A stretch of 64,000 nucleotides of DNA from NCBI RefSeq assembly GCF_009914755.1, contig NC_060935.1, one strand, 5' to 3'. The translations under genes and the position numbers were made by a program. The notes beneath the pieces are model-generated. The model worked only from the letters and a program-made list of their open reading frames with translations, did no database searches and was not told the DNA's origin. This document shows positions 16,165 through 43,934 of this stretch, in pieces; position 1 is the stretch's first letter, and the number at the start of each line of letters is the position of its first letter. The stretch comes from the human T2T-CHM13v2.0 reference genome, Homo sapiens.

Positions 16165-18485
16165 ACAATATACATTTTTCTAAGACACCCCATGACACTT
16201 ACTCTAAAATTGATCACATAACTGGCAGTAAAACACTCCTCAGCAAATGCAAAAGAACTGAAATAATAATAAACAGTCTCTCAGACCACAGCACAATCAA
16301 ATTAGAACTCAAGATTAAGAAATTCACTCAAAACCACACAACTACATGGAAATTGAACAATCTGCTCCTGAATGAATCCTGGGTAAATAATGAAATTAAG
16401 GCAGAAATCAAGAAGTTCTTTGAAACTAATGAGAAAAAAGACACAATGTACCAGAACCTCTGGGACACAGCTAAAGCAGTGTTATGGGGGGAATTTATAG
16501 CACTAAATGCCGACATCAAAAAGATAGAAAGATCTCAAATCAACATCTTAACATCACGACTAAAAAAACTAGAGAACCAAGAGCAAAGAAACCCCAAAGC
16601 TAGCAGAAGACAAGAAATAACCAAGCTTAGAGTAGAATTTAAGAAGATAGAGACATAAAAACTTTTCAAAAGTCAACAAGTCCAGGAGCTGGTTTTGCAA
16701 AAAAATAATAATAATAATAAAATAGACTGATAGCTAGACTAATAAGAAAAGAGAGAAGAATCAAATAGACACAATAAAAAATGTTAAAGGGAATATCACC
16801 ACTGACCCCACAGAAATATAAACAATCATCAGAGAATACTATAAACACCTCTATGCAAAAAACACTAGAAAATCTAGAAGAAATGCATAAATTCCTGGAC
16901 ACATACACTCTCCCAAGACTGAACCAGGAAGAAGCTGAATCCCTGAATAGACGAATAACAAGCTCTGAAATTGAGGCAGTAATTAATAGACTACCAACCA
17001 AAAAAACCCCAGGACCAGATGGATTTACAGCTGAATTCTACCAGAGGTAAAAAGAGGAGCTGTTACCATTTCTTCTGAAACTATTCCAAACAATTAAAAA
17101 GGAGCGAGTCCTCCTTAACTCATTTTATGAGGCCAGCACCATCCTGATACTGAAACCTGGCAGAGATACGACAAAAAAAGAAAACTTTAGGCCAATATCC
17201 CTGATAAACATTGATACCAAAATCCTCAAATACTGGCAAACTGAATCCAGCAGCACATCAAAAAGCTTATCCACAATGATCAAGTAGGTTTTATCCTCAG
17301 GATGCAATGCTGGTTCAACATACACAAATAAATAAAAGTAATTCATCACATAAACAGAACTAAAGATAAAAACCACATTATTATCTCAATAGATGCGGAA
17401 AAGGCCTTCAATAAAACTCAACATCGCTTCATGTTAAAAACTCTCAATAAACTAGGTATTGAAGGAACATACCTCAAAATAATAAAAGCCATTTATGACA
17501 AACTCACAGCCAATATCATACTGAATGGGCAAAAGCTGGAAGCATTCCCCTTGAAAACTGGCAAAAGACAAGGATACCCTCTCTTACCACTCGTATTCAA
17601 CATAGTATTGGAAGTTCTGGCCAGGACAATCAGGCAAGAGAAATAAAGAGTATTCAAATAGGAAGAGAGGAAGTCAAATTGCCTTTGCAGATGACATGAT
17701 TCTATATCTAGAAAACTCCATTGTTTCAGCCTAAAAGCTTCTTAAGCTGAAAAGCAATTTCAGCAGTCTCAGGATACAAAACCAATGTGCAAAAATCACA
17801 AGCATTCCTATATACCAACAACAGAGAAGCAGAGAGCCAACATCACTGATCGTTAGAGAAATGCTAACCAAAACTACAATGAGATACCATATCATGCCAG
17901 TCAGAATGGCAATTACTAAAAAGTCAAGAAACAACAAATGCTGAAGAGGTTGCAAAGAAATAGGAACACTTTTACACTGTTGGTGGAAATGTAAATTAGT
18001 TCAACCATTGTGGAAGACAGTGTGGCAATTCCTCAAATATCTAGAACCAAAAATACCATTTGACACAGCAATCCCGTTACTGGCTATATACCCAAAGGAA
18101 TATAAGTCATTCTATTATAAAGATACATGCACGCATGAATGTAGCTGGAAGCCATTATCCTCAGCAAACTAACACAGGAACAGAAAACCAAACACTGCAT
18201 GCTGTCACTTATAAGTGGGAGCTGAACAATGAGAACATATGGGCTCAGGGAGGGGAACAACACACACTGGTACCTGTCAGGGATTGGGGGTCTTGGGGAG
18301 GGAGATCATTGGGAAAAATGCCTAATGCATGCTGGGCTTAAGCCCAGGTGATGGGTTGGTAGGTGCAGTAAACCACCATGGCAGATGCTTACCTATGTAA
18401 AAAACCTGCACGTCCTGCACATGTATCCCAGAATTTAAACTAAAGTAAAATTTCAAAAAATATTGTAAGTTGATTTTATACCCAG

Positions 18486-18524
18486 TGTATTTGTCAGGGT
18501 TCTCTAGAGGGACAGAACCAATGA

Positions 18525-18587
<63 letters not shown>

Positions 18588-18980
18588 TATTTAAAGGGGA
18601 GTTTATTAAGTATTAACTCACATGATCACAAGGTCCCACAATAGGCTGTCTGCAAGCTGAGGAGCAAGGAGAGCCAGTCTGAGTCCCAAAACTAAAGAAC
18701 TTGGAGTCTGATATGTGAGGGCAGGAAGCATCCAGCACAGGAGAAAGATGTAGGCTGGGAGGCTAAGCCAGTCTACACTTCACATTTTTCTGCTTGCTTT
18801 ACATTCTAGCTGTGCTGGCAGCTGATTAGATGGTGCCTACCCAGAATAAGGGTGGGTCTGCCTTTCCCAGCCCACTGATTCAAATGTTAATCTCTTTTGG
18901 CAACACCCTCAGACACAACCAGGATCAATACTTTGCACCCTTCAATCCAATCAAGTTGATACTCAGTATTAACCATCACA
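18486..18980 (-). mobile_element. MLT2A (HERV-L) solo LTR containing (TA)~25
   Basis: Reverse complement starts TGTGATGGTTAATACTGAG; TSD cccag/accag; TA run 18529-18579. Confidence 0.88.
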
Positions 18981-19374
18981 ACCAGCAACCTTTCTATATG
19001 GATTATCCTTATTTTCCCATATAAACGCTATATCATCTGCAAACTATTTAATCAAAACACCATTTCTTTTTCTTTTCTAAAATCACTGAAAAAAGCCACC
19101 TTTCCTTAGGGTTTGTGTATTTTCAAAGTTATTTTCCTTCATTATGCTGAAAAATTATATTGTAGTATTTTTGTATCCAGTGTTGCTGTTGACAATTCTG
19201 AATTGAATCTGATTTGTGTTTCTATGTAAATGCCTATTCCTTCTCTCTGAAAGCATTTGAAATTTTCCCTTCATCTCATGTTCTTTAATCTCACCAAACT
19301 GTGAGTAAGTGTAGGTTCTGCCTCATGTCTCCTGTTTTGCACTCTATGCACCCCTTCAATTTCACTTATTTCAT

Positions 19375-22300
19375 TTTCTTTTTTGTTATTTTTATTTTGG
19401 GGAGTACACACTAGGTGTATATAGTTATGGGGTACCTGAGATATTTTGATACAGAAATGCAACTTATAATAATCACATCAGGTTAAATGTAATATTCATC
19501 ACCTTAAGCAATTACCCTTTGTGTTGCAAACAATCCAATTATATTGGTTTTTTTATTTTTAAATATAAAATTAATTTTTTTTTAGATGGAGTCTTGCTCT
19601 GTCACCCAGGATGGAGTGAAGTGGTGCAATCTCAGCTCACTGCAGCCTCCGCCTCTGGGTTCAAGTAATTCTCCTGCCTCAGCCTCCCAAGTAGCTGGGA
19701 TTTCAGGTGTCCACCACCACCATGCCTGGCTTTTTTTTTTTTTTTTTTTTTTTTGTAGAGACAGGGTTTCACCATGTTTGTCAGGCTTGAACTCCTGACC
19801 TCAAGTGATCCACCCACCTCAGCCTCCCAAAATGCTGGGATTACAGGCGTGAGCCCCCACACCCGGCCACATTATTTTTTTCTATATTCATCCTGATACG
19901 CTATCAAATAGTGGGTCTTATTCATTCTTTCTATTTTTTGTATCATTAACTATCTTCATTTCCTCCACACCCACCTCCTGCCCCACTACCCTTCCCAGCT
20001 TCTGGTAACCATTCTTCTACTCTCTATCTCCATGAGTTCAATTGTTTTAATTTTTAGTTTCCACAAACAAATGGGAATATGTGAAGTTTGTCTTTCCATG
20101 CCTGGCTTATTTCACTTAACATAGTGACCTCCAGTTCCACCCATGTTGTTGCAAGTGACAGGATCTCATTCTTTGTATGGCTGAATAGTACTCCATTGCG
20201 TATAGGCATCACATTTTCTTTAGCCATTCATCTGTTGATGGACACTTAGGTAGCTTCCAAATCTTGGCTATTGTGAACGGTGCTTCAATAAATACGAGAG
20301 TGCAGGTATCTATTCAATATACTGATTTACTTTCTTTTGGATATATTCCTAGGAGTTGACCCAGTTATGCTTGGATTAGGAGACTTAAGGCAGTTCCTAT
20401 TATTCTCATGTGCTAAATAATAAATATAATATTCCAATGTCTTTATGATTAGTTGAGAATAATCAACAATTTATGAACATAGGTATGAGGATAAAATGGA
20501 TCATATAGTAGCTCTACTTTTAGTTTTTTGAGGGACCACCAAACTCCATAGTGGTTGTACATTCCCATGAACAGTGTACAAGGGTTCCCTTTTCCCAATA
20601 TCCTCACCAGCATTTGTTATTGTCTAACTTTTGGATAAAAGTTGTTTAAACAGAATGGGATGATATCTCATTGTAGTTTTGATTTGCATTTCTCTGGTGA
20701 TCAACGATGTTGAGCACCTTTCGTATGTCTGTTTCCCATTTGCATGTCTTATTTTTGAGAAATGGCTATTCAGATGTTTTATCCATTTTTAGATTATTAT
20801 GTTTTTCCTTTAAAGTTGTTTGACTTCTTTGTATATTCTGGTTATTAATACCTTGTCAGATGGGTAGTTTGCAAATATTTTCTCCCATTCTGTGGGTTGT
20901 CTCTTCACTTTGCTGATTGTGTCCTTTGCTGTCCAGAAGATTTTTAACTTGATATAATCCCATTTCTCCATTTTTTTTTGTTTTGATTGCCTATGCTTGT
21001 GGGTTATTACTCAAGAAGTATTTCCTCAATACAATGTCCTGGAGAGTTTCCCCAATGTTTTCTTGTAGCAGTTTTACAGTTTCAGGTATTAGATTTAGGT
21101 CTTTAATCCATTTTTATTTGAGTTTTGTATATGGCAAGAGATGGGCGTCTACTTTAATTTTTCTGCATATGGATATCGTTTCCACAAGACCATGTATTGA
21201 AAGACTGTCTTTTCCCCATTGCATGGTTCTTGACACCTTTATTAATAATAAGGTCGCTGTAGGTATGTGGATTTGTCTCTGGGTTCTCTATTCTGTTCCA
21301 TTGGTGTATGTGTCTGTTTTTATACCAGTACCTTGCTGTTTTGGTGACTATAGCTCTATATTATAATTTGAAGTCAGGTAATGTGATTGCTCCAGTTTTG
21401 TTCTTTTTGTGCATGATAGCTTTGGATATTCTGGATCTTTTGTTGTTCTGTATAAATTTTAGGATTTTTTTATTTCTGTGAAGAACATCATTGATATTTT
21501 GATACAAATTGCATTGAATCTTTAGATTGTTTTGGTAGCATGGACATTTTAAAAATATTGATTCCTGCAATCCATGAACATGAAATATCTTTCTGGTTTT
21601 TGGTGTCTTCTTCAATTTCTTTCATTGGTGTTTTATAGTTTTTATTGTAGAAATGTTTCACTTCTTTTGTTAATTCCTAGGTATTTAATGTTTTCTGTGA
21701 CTATTGTAAATAGGATTTCTTTCTCGGTTTCTTTTTCAGATTGTTCATTGTTGACATATAGCAATGCTACTGATTATTGTGTGTTGATTTTTTTTTATCC
21801 TGTAACTTCACGGAATTTTTTTATCAGTCCTAACAGGTTTTTGATGGAGTCTTTAGATTTTCCAAATATAGGATTGTATAATCTGCAAACAAAGATAATT
21901 TGACTTCTTCCTTTCCAATCTGGATGTCCTTTATTTCTTTCTCTTGTCTGATTCCTCTAGTTAGGACTTCCGGTACTATGTTGAATTATGCTGGTGAAAG
22001 TGAGCATCCTTGTCACGTTTCTGTACTTAGAGGAAAGGCTTTCAGTTTTTCCCCATTCAATATGATATTAGCTGTGGGTCTGTCATACATAGCTTTTATT
22101 ATGTTGAGGTGTGTTCCTTAGATACCCAGTTTTTTTAGGGTTTTGTCATGAAAGGATGTTCAATTTTGTCAAATGCTTTTTCAGCATCAATTGAAATATC
22201 ATCTGGTTTTTGTCCTTCATACTGTTGATGTGATGTACCACACTGATTGATTTATGTATGTTGAATTATCCTTGCATCCCAGGGATAAATCCCACTTGGT

Positions 22301-22435
22301 TATCAATGATATTTCTAACATGTTGGTGAATTCAGTTTGCTAGTATTTTGTTGGAGATTTTTCCATCAATATTCAACAGAGATGTTGCCCAGGAGTTTTC
22401 TGTTTTTGATGTGTCTTTGTCTGGTTGGGTAATGC
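19375..22435 (-). mobile_element. L1MA (ORF2 3' half plus 3'UTR), with an AluS at ~19575-19868 and a NUMT at 20355-20499
   Basis: Antisense ORF2 motifs (e.g. [14 protein letters not shown] at 21361-21615) and L1MA 3'UTR. Confidence 0.85.
20355..20499 (-). pseudogene. NUMT: mitochondrial tRNA-Tyr/COX1 junction and COX1 5' end
   Basis: Reverse complement reads ccattttatcctcatacct ATGTTCATAAATTGTTGATTATTCTCAACTAATCATAAAGACATTGGA..., matching the COX1 N-terminus (xxWLFSTNHKDIG..LYLLF...GTALSLLI...LGQ in the mitochondrial code). Confidence 0.9.
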
Positions 22436-22614
22436 TAACTAAAAATACAAAAATTAGCTGGGCATGGTGGCAGGAGCCTGTAGTCCCAGATACTTGGGAC
22501 GCTGAGGTGGGAGAATGGCTTGAACTCAGGAGCAGAGGTTGCAGTGAGCTGAGATCACACCACTGCACTTGAACCTGGGAGGCAGTGAGATTTTATCTCA
22601 CAAAAAAAAAAAAA
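22436..22614 (+). mobile_element. Alu right-arm fragment at the junction of two oppositely oriented L1s
   Basis: Starts at the A-rich linker ctaaaaatacaaaaattag; left arm absent. Confidence 0.8.
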
Positions 22615-24798
22615 GGATTGGTGAGCCTGACAAGAGAACGTTTGAAATTATCCAATCAAAGAAAGAAACGGGGGAAAAAATAAAGAAAAACAGTGAAGCA
22701 GACTGGTGGAAATTATGGGACACCATAAACTTAACAAATCTTGACATAATAGGAGTTCCTGAAGGAAGAAGAGAGAAAAAATTTACAAAGCATATTTAAG
22801 AAAATAATGGATGAAAGTTTCCCAAATCTGATGAAAGGGGATATCATTCAGGTATAGGAAACTTGGAGATCACCATCAAATTCTACCCAAAGAGGAGAAT
22901 CATAATAAGACATATCATAATCAAATTATCAAAACTTAAAGGAAAAGAAAGAATACTTAAAGCAGCAACAGATGAGAGACATATTACATTCAAGAGCGCC
23001 CCAATATGGATTTCAGTATATTTTTCAGCAGAAACCCTGCAGACCAGAAAAGAGTAGAATGATATATTCAAAGTGCTGAAGGAAAAAGGCTGCTAATCAA
23101 GAATACTTCGCCTGACAAATCTGTCCTTCAAAAATAAGGGAAAAATTAAAACTTCCCCAGACAAACAAAAAACGAGAGAATTCTTCACCACTAGGCTTAC
23201 TTTACAGGAATTACTAATGGGAGTTCTTTAAGCTAAAACGAACAGCCATTAACTAAAAAAAAAAAAAAAGTAAAAAACCCATTGCTATAAGTAATAGAGC
23301 CATACTCAGAATTCTCTCACACTATAAAGGTGATGTATAAAGCAATTTTATTCCTACCATGAAAGTTAAGAGACAAAACTACTAAAAATAATTGTACCTA
23401 CAAAAAAATTTTAAGGGATAAAAATTACCAAAAAAAGTAAATTTTGATATCAAAATCATAAAAGGTGTGTGAACGGAATGAAAATGTAGAGATTTTGCAT
23501 GTGATTAAAGTTAAGTTGTTATTACCCTAAGGTTGCTTGCTATAAGGATAAGATATTTTGTGTAAGCTGCATGGTAATCGCAAAGCAAGAAACTGTAATA
23601 GTTGCATGACATATAAAAAGAAAGTATTCAAAGCATACCACAACAGAAAACCATCAAACCACAAAGGAAGACACCAAGAAAAGAAGAAAGAACCAAAAGA
23701 CCTACAAAACAATCAGAAAACAATACTAAAATGATAGTAGCAAGTTGTTAACTGTCAATAACTACCTTGAATGTAAATGGATTAAATTATCCAATAAAAA
23801 GGCATACAGTGGCTGAATGGATTGAAAAAACAAGATTCAACTATATGCATGTAAGAGATTCACAGTGCTAGTATGGACGTACATAGATTGAGAGAGAATG
23901 AATGGAAAAAGGTATTCCACACAAAATGGAAATGAAAGAGAGTAAGGATAGCTATATGTAGACAGAATAAACATTAAGTCAAAAACTAGTTTTTAAAAAA
24001 GACACTCTCCTTATCTGGTAATAATAATTAATTAATTAGTTAAAAAGACAGAGGTCATTACATAATGATAAATGAATTCATTCACCAAGAGGATATATAA
24101 GTTGTAAATACATACAAACCTGACATCTGAGCACCTAAATACATAAAGCAATTATTAAATGATCTGAAGGGAGAGATCAACGGCAATACTATACTAGTAT
24201 TGCATTTTCAACAATGAACAGATCATTTAGACAGAAAATCAATAATGAAACAACTGACTTGAATTACACTTTACACTAAATGGGCCTAACAGACATACAG
24301 AACATTCCACCTAATAGCAGCAGAATACACATTCTTCTCAAGCACACATAGAAAATTCTTCAGTGAAAATATGCTAGTCCACAAAACAAACTTTACCAAA
24401 TTTAAGAAAATTGAAACCATACCAAGCATCTTTTCAGACCACAACAACAATAAAATAGAAATCAATCACGGAAGAAATATTGAAACACAACTATGTGGAT
24501 ATTAAACAACATGCTCCTGAACAACCAAAGGATCTCAAAAGAAATTAAAAAAAATTAAAAAAAATACCTCAACACAAAAATGGAAACACAATGTATCAAA
24601 ACTTATGGGATTCAGCAGAAACAGTCTTAAGAAAAAGATATATAATGGTAAATGCTTGCATTTAAGAATAATCCAGATAAACAATCAAATGTTACACCCC
24701 AAGGAAGTAGAGAAAGAAGAAGTAAGCCCAAAGGTAGTGCAAGTATTTAACAAAGATCAAAGCAGAAATAAATGAAGTAGAGACTACAAAAACAATAG

Positions 24799-25126
<328 letters not shown>

Positions 25127-25745
25127 TAAGAAATTGTTATACAAAAAGATACATAATTTCAGCAGATTAAGAAAATCACTAGACTAACCAGGAAAAAAAG
25201 AAAAATTCAAATAAATAAGAAATGAAAGAGACACTGTAACCGATGCTACAGAAGTACTAAGAATCAAAAGAAACTGCTATGAACAAACATATGCCAACAA
25301 ATGGGATAATCCAGAAGAAATGAACAAATTCCTAGACAAATACAACCTACCAAGACTGAATCAAGAAAAAATAGAAAATGTGAACAAATAAAGTAAGAAG
25401 TAAGATGTAAGGGTAAGAAGATCAAATTAGTAATAATAAAAACATTTCATAGAAGCAAATTTCAAGACCAGAGAGTTTCACCACTGAATTTTACCAAATA
25501 TTTGAAGAAGAACTAACATCAGAACTAACATCTTCTCACACTCATCCAAAAAATCAAAGTGGCGAGAATACTTCCAAATTCACTTTATGAGGCCAGCATT
25601 ACCCTGATACAAAATCCAGACAAGGACACTAGGAGAAAGGAAAATTACAGAAAATATCCCTGATGAATGCATATGCAAAAATTCTCAACCAAATATTAGC
25701 AAACTGAATTCAAGAAAACATTAAAAGAATTATTCACCATGATTA

Positions 25746-34812
<9,067 letters not shown>

Positions 34813-35467
34813 AAAAGAATTATTCACCATGATTAAGTAGGATTTATCCCAGAGAAGCAAGGATGAGTCAACATACACAAACCAATTAATGTAATACACC
34901 ACATCAACAGAATGAAAGATAAAAATCCTATGATCATCTCAATAAATGCAGAAAAACCATTCGACAAGATTTAACACCATTTCATCACAAAAACTCTCAA
35001 CACATTAGACGTAGAGGGAATGGACCACAACACAATAAAGCCATATGTGACAAATCTGGAGCTACCATCATTCTCAATGGTGAAAAGTTTTAAGCTTTTC
35101 CTCCATGATTGGGTCAAAACAAGGATGCCTACTCTCACCATTTCTTTTCAACATGGTACTGGAATTTCTAGCAAAAGAAATTAGGCAAGAGAAAGAAGTA
35201 AAAGGCATCCTAATTTCTTTAAAAAAAAAAAGGAAGAAGTGAAATTGTCTCTATTTGCTGATGACATAATTTTATATATGGGAAACTGTACAGATTCTAC
35301 AAAAAATTCTACAGTTTGTAGAAACTGTACAGATTCTACAAAAGAACTAATACATGAATTCAACAAAGTTGCAAGATACAAAATCAACATACAAAAATCA
35401 GTAGCATTCCTATGTACTAAAAATGAACTATCTAAAAGAGAAATTAATGGAAAATAATCCTATTTAA

Positions 35468-35807
<340 letters not shown>

Positions 35808-35937
35808 ATGTAGGTGTAAGTTTAACCAAGGAAGTAAAAAATCTATATACTGGAAACTATAAAACACTGATGAAAGAAATTAAAGAAAACAAAAAAAGGA
35901 AATCTATCCCATATTCAGGGATTAGAAGTGTATTGTA

Positions 35938-36119
35938 GGCTGGGCATGGTGGCTCACACCTGTAATCCCAGCACTTTGGGAGGCCAAGGCGGGCAGATCA
36001 GAAGGTCAGGAGTTCGAGAACAGCCTGGCCAATAGGTGAAACCCCATCTCTACTAAAAATACAAAAATTAGCCAGGCGTGGTGGCAGGTGCCTGTAATCC
36101 CAGCTACTTGGGAGGCTGA
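35938..36119 (+). mobile_element. 3'-truncated AluS fused to ERV env
   Basis: Alu stops at gggaggctga and abuts env sequence with no tail or TSD. Confidence 0.85.
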
Positions 36120-40811
<4,692 letters not shown>

Positions 40812-41384
40812 TGTATTTGTATTTCAGTGCTGCAAAAGAAACAGCACTCGAGCATAAATTTTCTCAGCAAGGCAATTTACTTCTGTAGAAGGGTGCATCT
40901 CACAGATGGAGCAATGGCAAGAGCACACCTGAACAAAGAAGGAGAAGGGGGTCTTATCCCTGATGCAGGTAGCCCCTACTGCTGTGTCATTCCCCTGTTG
41001 GCAAGGGTTGAACCACACAGTCTAAGCTAATTCTGACTGGCTATTTTAAAGAGAGCAGGGTTATGAACCAGAGTGGTGGGGTGAGCAGTTTTGGTGGGAA
41101 GGATGGTTACAGAACAGGTGACTAAAGGTGACTCAGGTCAAAGCAGGTGACCAGAGGTGACTCAGGACAGAGCAGGTGACCAGGAGTGACTCAGGGCAGA
41201 GCAGGTGAGCAGGGGAACAGATGTGAACTACTGATTAGAACTGGTGTAAAAGGTTGTTTACTGAAACTAGAGGCAAGGAGATGAGGAGAATGAGGAAGTT
41301 AAACTTTAAAATGGAGAACAAAGAACTGAACATACTGACATACTGATCCTTTGAAGAGAAATTTAGAATTCACTGTATTTAACA
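40812..41384 (-). mobile_element. LTR10-family 5' LTR with 29-bp AP-1 repeat
   Basis: Reverse complement starts TGTTAAATACAGTGAATTCTAAATTTCTCTTCAAAG; TGACTCA at 41129, 41158 and 41187. Confidence 0.82.
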
Positions 41385-41990
41385 TCAGCAAACCAAATTC
41401 AACAACACATTGAAAAGATAATACACCACAATCAAGTGACTTTTATACCAGAAATGCATGAATGCTTCAACATTTGCAAATCAACAAATAAGATACATCA
41501 CATAAACAGAATTAAGAACAAAAATCATATGATCATCTAATAGATGCTAAAAAAGCATTTGATAAAATTAAGCATCCCTTTATCATAAAAACCCTCACCA
41601 AACTAGGCATCAAAGGAACATAAATCAAAATAATAAGAGTCACATATAATAAACTCATAGCCAACATCATACCAAATGGGAAAAAGTTGAAAGCATTCCC
41701 TCCAAGAACTGGAACAAGACAAAGTTGCCTACTTTCACCACTCTTATTCAACATGGTACTGGAAGTCCTCACCAAAGCAATCAGACAAGAGAAAAATATA
41801 AAAGACATCCAAATTAAAAAAGAGGAAGTCAAATTATCCCTGTTCACTGACGATATAATCTTATATTTGGAAAACCCTAAAGACTCCACCAAAAATCGCT
41901 TAGATTTGATAAATGAATTCAGTTAAAGTTTAAAGATACAAAATTAATGTACAGATATCAGTGCCATTTCTATACACCAGTAATGTTCTA
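41385..41990 (+). mobile_element. L1 ORF2 RT fragment
   Basis: ORF 41687-41926 contains [16 protein letters not shown]. Confidence 0.85.
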
Positions 41991-42282
41991 GTCAAAGATA
42001 TCAGTCAAAATAATATTAATAATTTTTTAAAGTAAAACCTTCTGCTCTAAAAAACATACTGTTAAGTATAAGAAAGGACAAACTATAGACTGAGAGAAAA
42101 TATTTCCCAAAAAGGACTGAATATATTTCCTGACTATGTAATAAATTATATATTTATATATTTATATTTAATTTATAAAACTATTTTTATATAATGAATT
42201 ATATATTTCTTGAATGTATAATGAATTGTCATAACCTAATAACAATAAGACAAACACCACAAAAAAATTTATTTAAAGGGAA

Positions 42283-43930
42283 TAATATAGGCGTTAAGAA
42301 ATTATTTAGGCAGATAGTGAGGGTACAGGAGTCCTTGGTAAGGTTTTTCTTTTAATAGAAAGCAGCCCCCAAATCATTTCTTTTCTAACAGAAAGTAGCC
42401 TGAAAAATCAAGCTGCAAGCATAGATAAGCAAGCTGGAAACTTGCACAGGTGAATCCCGGCAGCTGTGCCAAAAGCCAGGTATATACAACAAATAGGTTT
42501 TCTTCTCCCTTCTCCTTGTCGCCATGTGTGTGGGTGTCATGGCACCGGCCAGGTGGAAACCACATCTGCCTAATAAGAGAAAGATTAGGGTGGGATGGCC
42601 AGCCTCTTTGTGGACTATGTAAATGGCACACTTGGTCCAACTAAATCCCTAGGCCCTATGTAAATCAGATACTGCCTCCTCAAGCCCTCTATAAAACCAG
42701 CCGCTTCCCACCGCAACCCGGGAGATCCCTTCGGAACCCCCTCCCTCTGCACAGGGGAGCTTTCCTCTTGTTTCTTTCACCTATTAAACTTTCTGCTCTT
42801 AAACCCATTCCCTGTGTGCCCACATCTTTGTTCTCCTTAGCGCGAGACAACGAACCTCAGTTATTTCCCCAGACAGACAACACCACTTCATTGTGGGGAC
42901 TCGCCCAGGATCAGAATCAGAACAGAAGGTATATTCATCAGAGGGGTGAGTACAGGCGCAGAACTTAACTTTCAACTCTGTCCTTTCATTTGGAGGCTCT
43001 CGGCCTCCATCTTAAGTTCAAACAATGGGCATCCTATAGCCACCTAAATGCTAATAGGGCGGCCGCCATGCGGGAAGTCTCAGATGTTAGGCTTGCTTGG
43101 GAGAACATGGAGAACTTCTCAATACTCACGGATCATTGGGAATGTTGGCCATGCTTCTCGAACCAGTTTTCTCTCACGGAGGACCTAGCCGTCGCGTGGG
43201 GCTAGAAAAGGTCCTGAAGCAACTGAAGATTTCTCGCCAGGACTACACCCTGGTGTTATCTGAAGGCTTCTGGACTGACCCCGCCTCCAACTGCCCGGCT
43301 GGGTGTCCGCAACAGGATCTACAGCTGTCCTATCGCAAAATTTCCTCATTTCCTATCCGCAAATGCCATGTCTCCTATCCTCTCTGTGTATGCAGTGTTT
43401 GAGAATTTTTACAGTTCAGGAAAATAGTCCTGTTAGGAAAGATTAGCGAATGCCATAGTAACTGAGAATATAGCACAAGGGAATGCTGTTTTCTGTCATT
43501 TTCTAGGAGCAAAGAGCCCTTCTCAATAAGCATTTCTCCCTCTACCCTTCCTCTGGGAAGTGCACGGTATTTCTAGGTCAACGTCGCCACCTAGTGGAAT
43601 AGGAATCCTCTCCATGAGGCACAGCGTTGGTCCATTGCTGTAACACTCTAGCCTCCCAATTCTCCTCCCTTTTTGCACCCCTATACTAGAGACCAGGCTT
43701 TATGCCCCTTCTGTGAATGCGAAAACACTGCCTTCAACAATTAGGAGTAAAATGTCCTCCAAAGCCAAATTTTAGTTCTGATACTGTCCCATCAGCAGGA
43801 AAACAGCCATTAGGTCCCTACGTTCTTTTAAGGCACACATTCTGCCCCCAGTTAAAACAGTACTTAATTAGTAAGGAGATTTTAAATCCAGAAGTTCACC
43901 AGAACCATTCTCTAAGGGTAAACCATTCTC
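42283..43930 (+). mobile_element. ERV1 (MER4-group) LTR (~42283-42890), Pro-like PBS and 5' internal sequence
   Basis: LTR with TATA (ctataaaa) and ATTAAA, ending in CA and followed by tggggactcgcccaggat. Confidence 0.7.
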
Positions 43931-43934
43931 TAAA

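Larger units (their letters stand above)
12717..18460 (+). mobile_element. Near full-length L1PA8-10-type LINE, decayed, with internal ORF2 deletions
   Basis: 5'UTR ggggaggtgccaagatggcc; ORF1/ORF2 fragments in the ORF track (14625-17646); deletions at ~17840 and ~18137; 3' end plus A tail; degenerate TSD taagttg in an older L1M. Confidence 0.9.
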
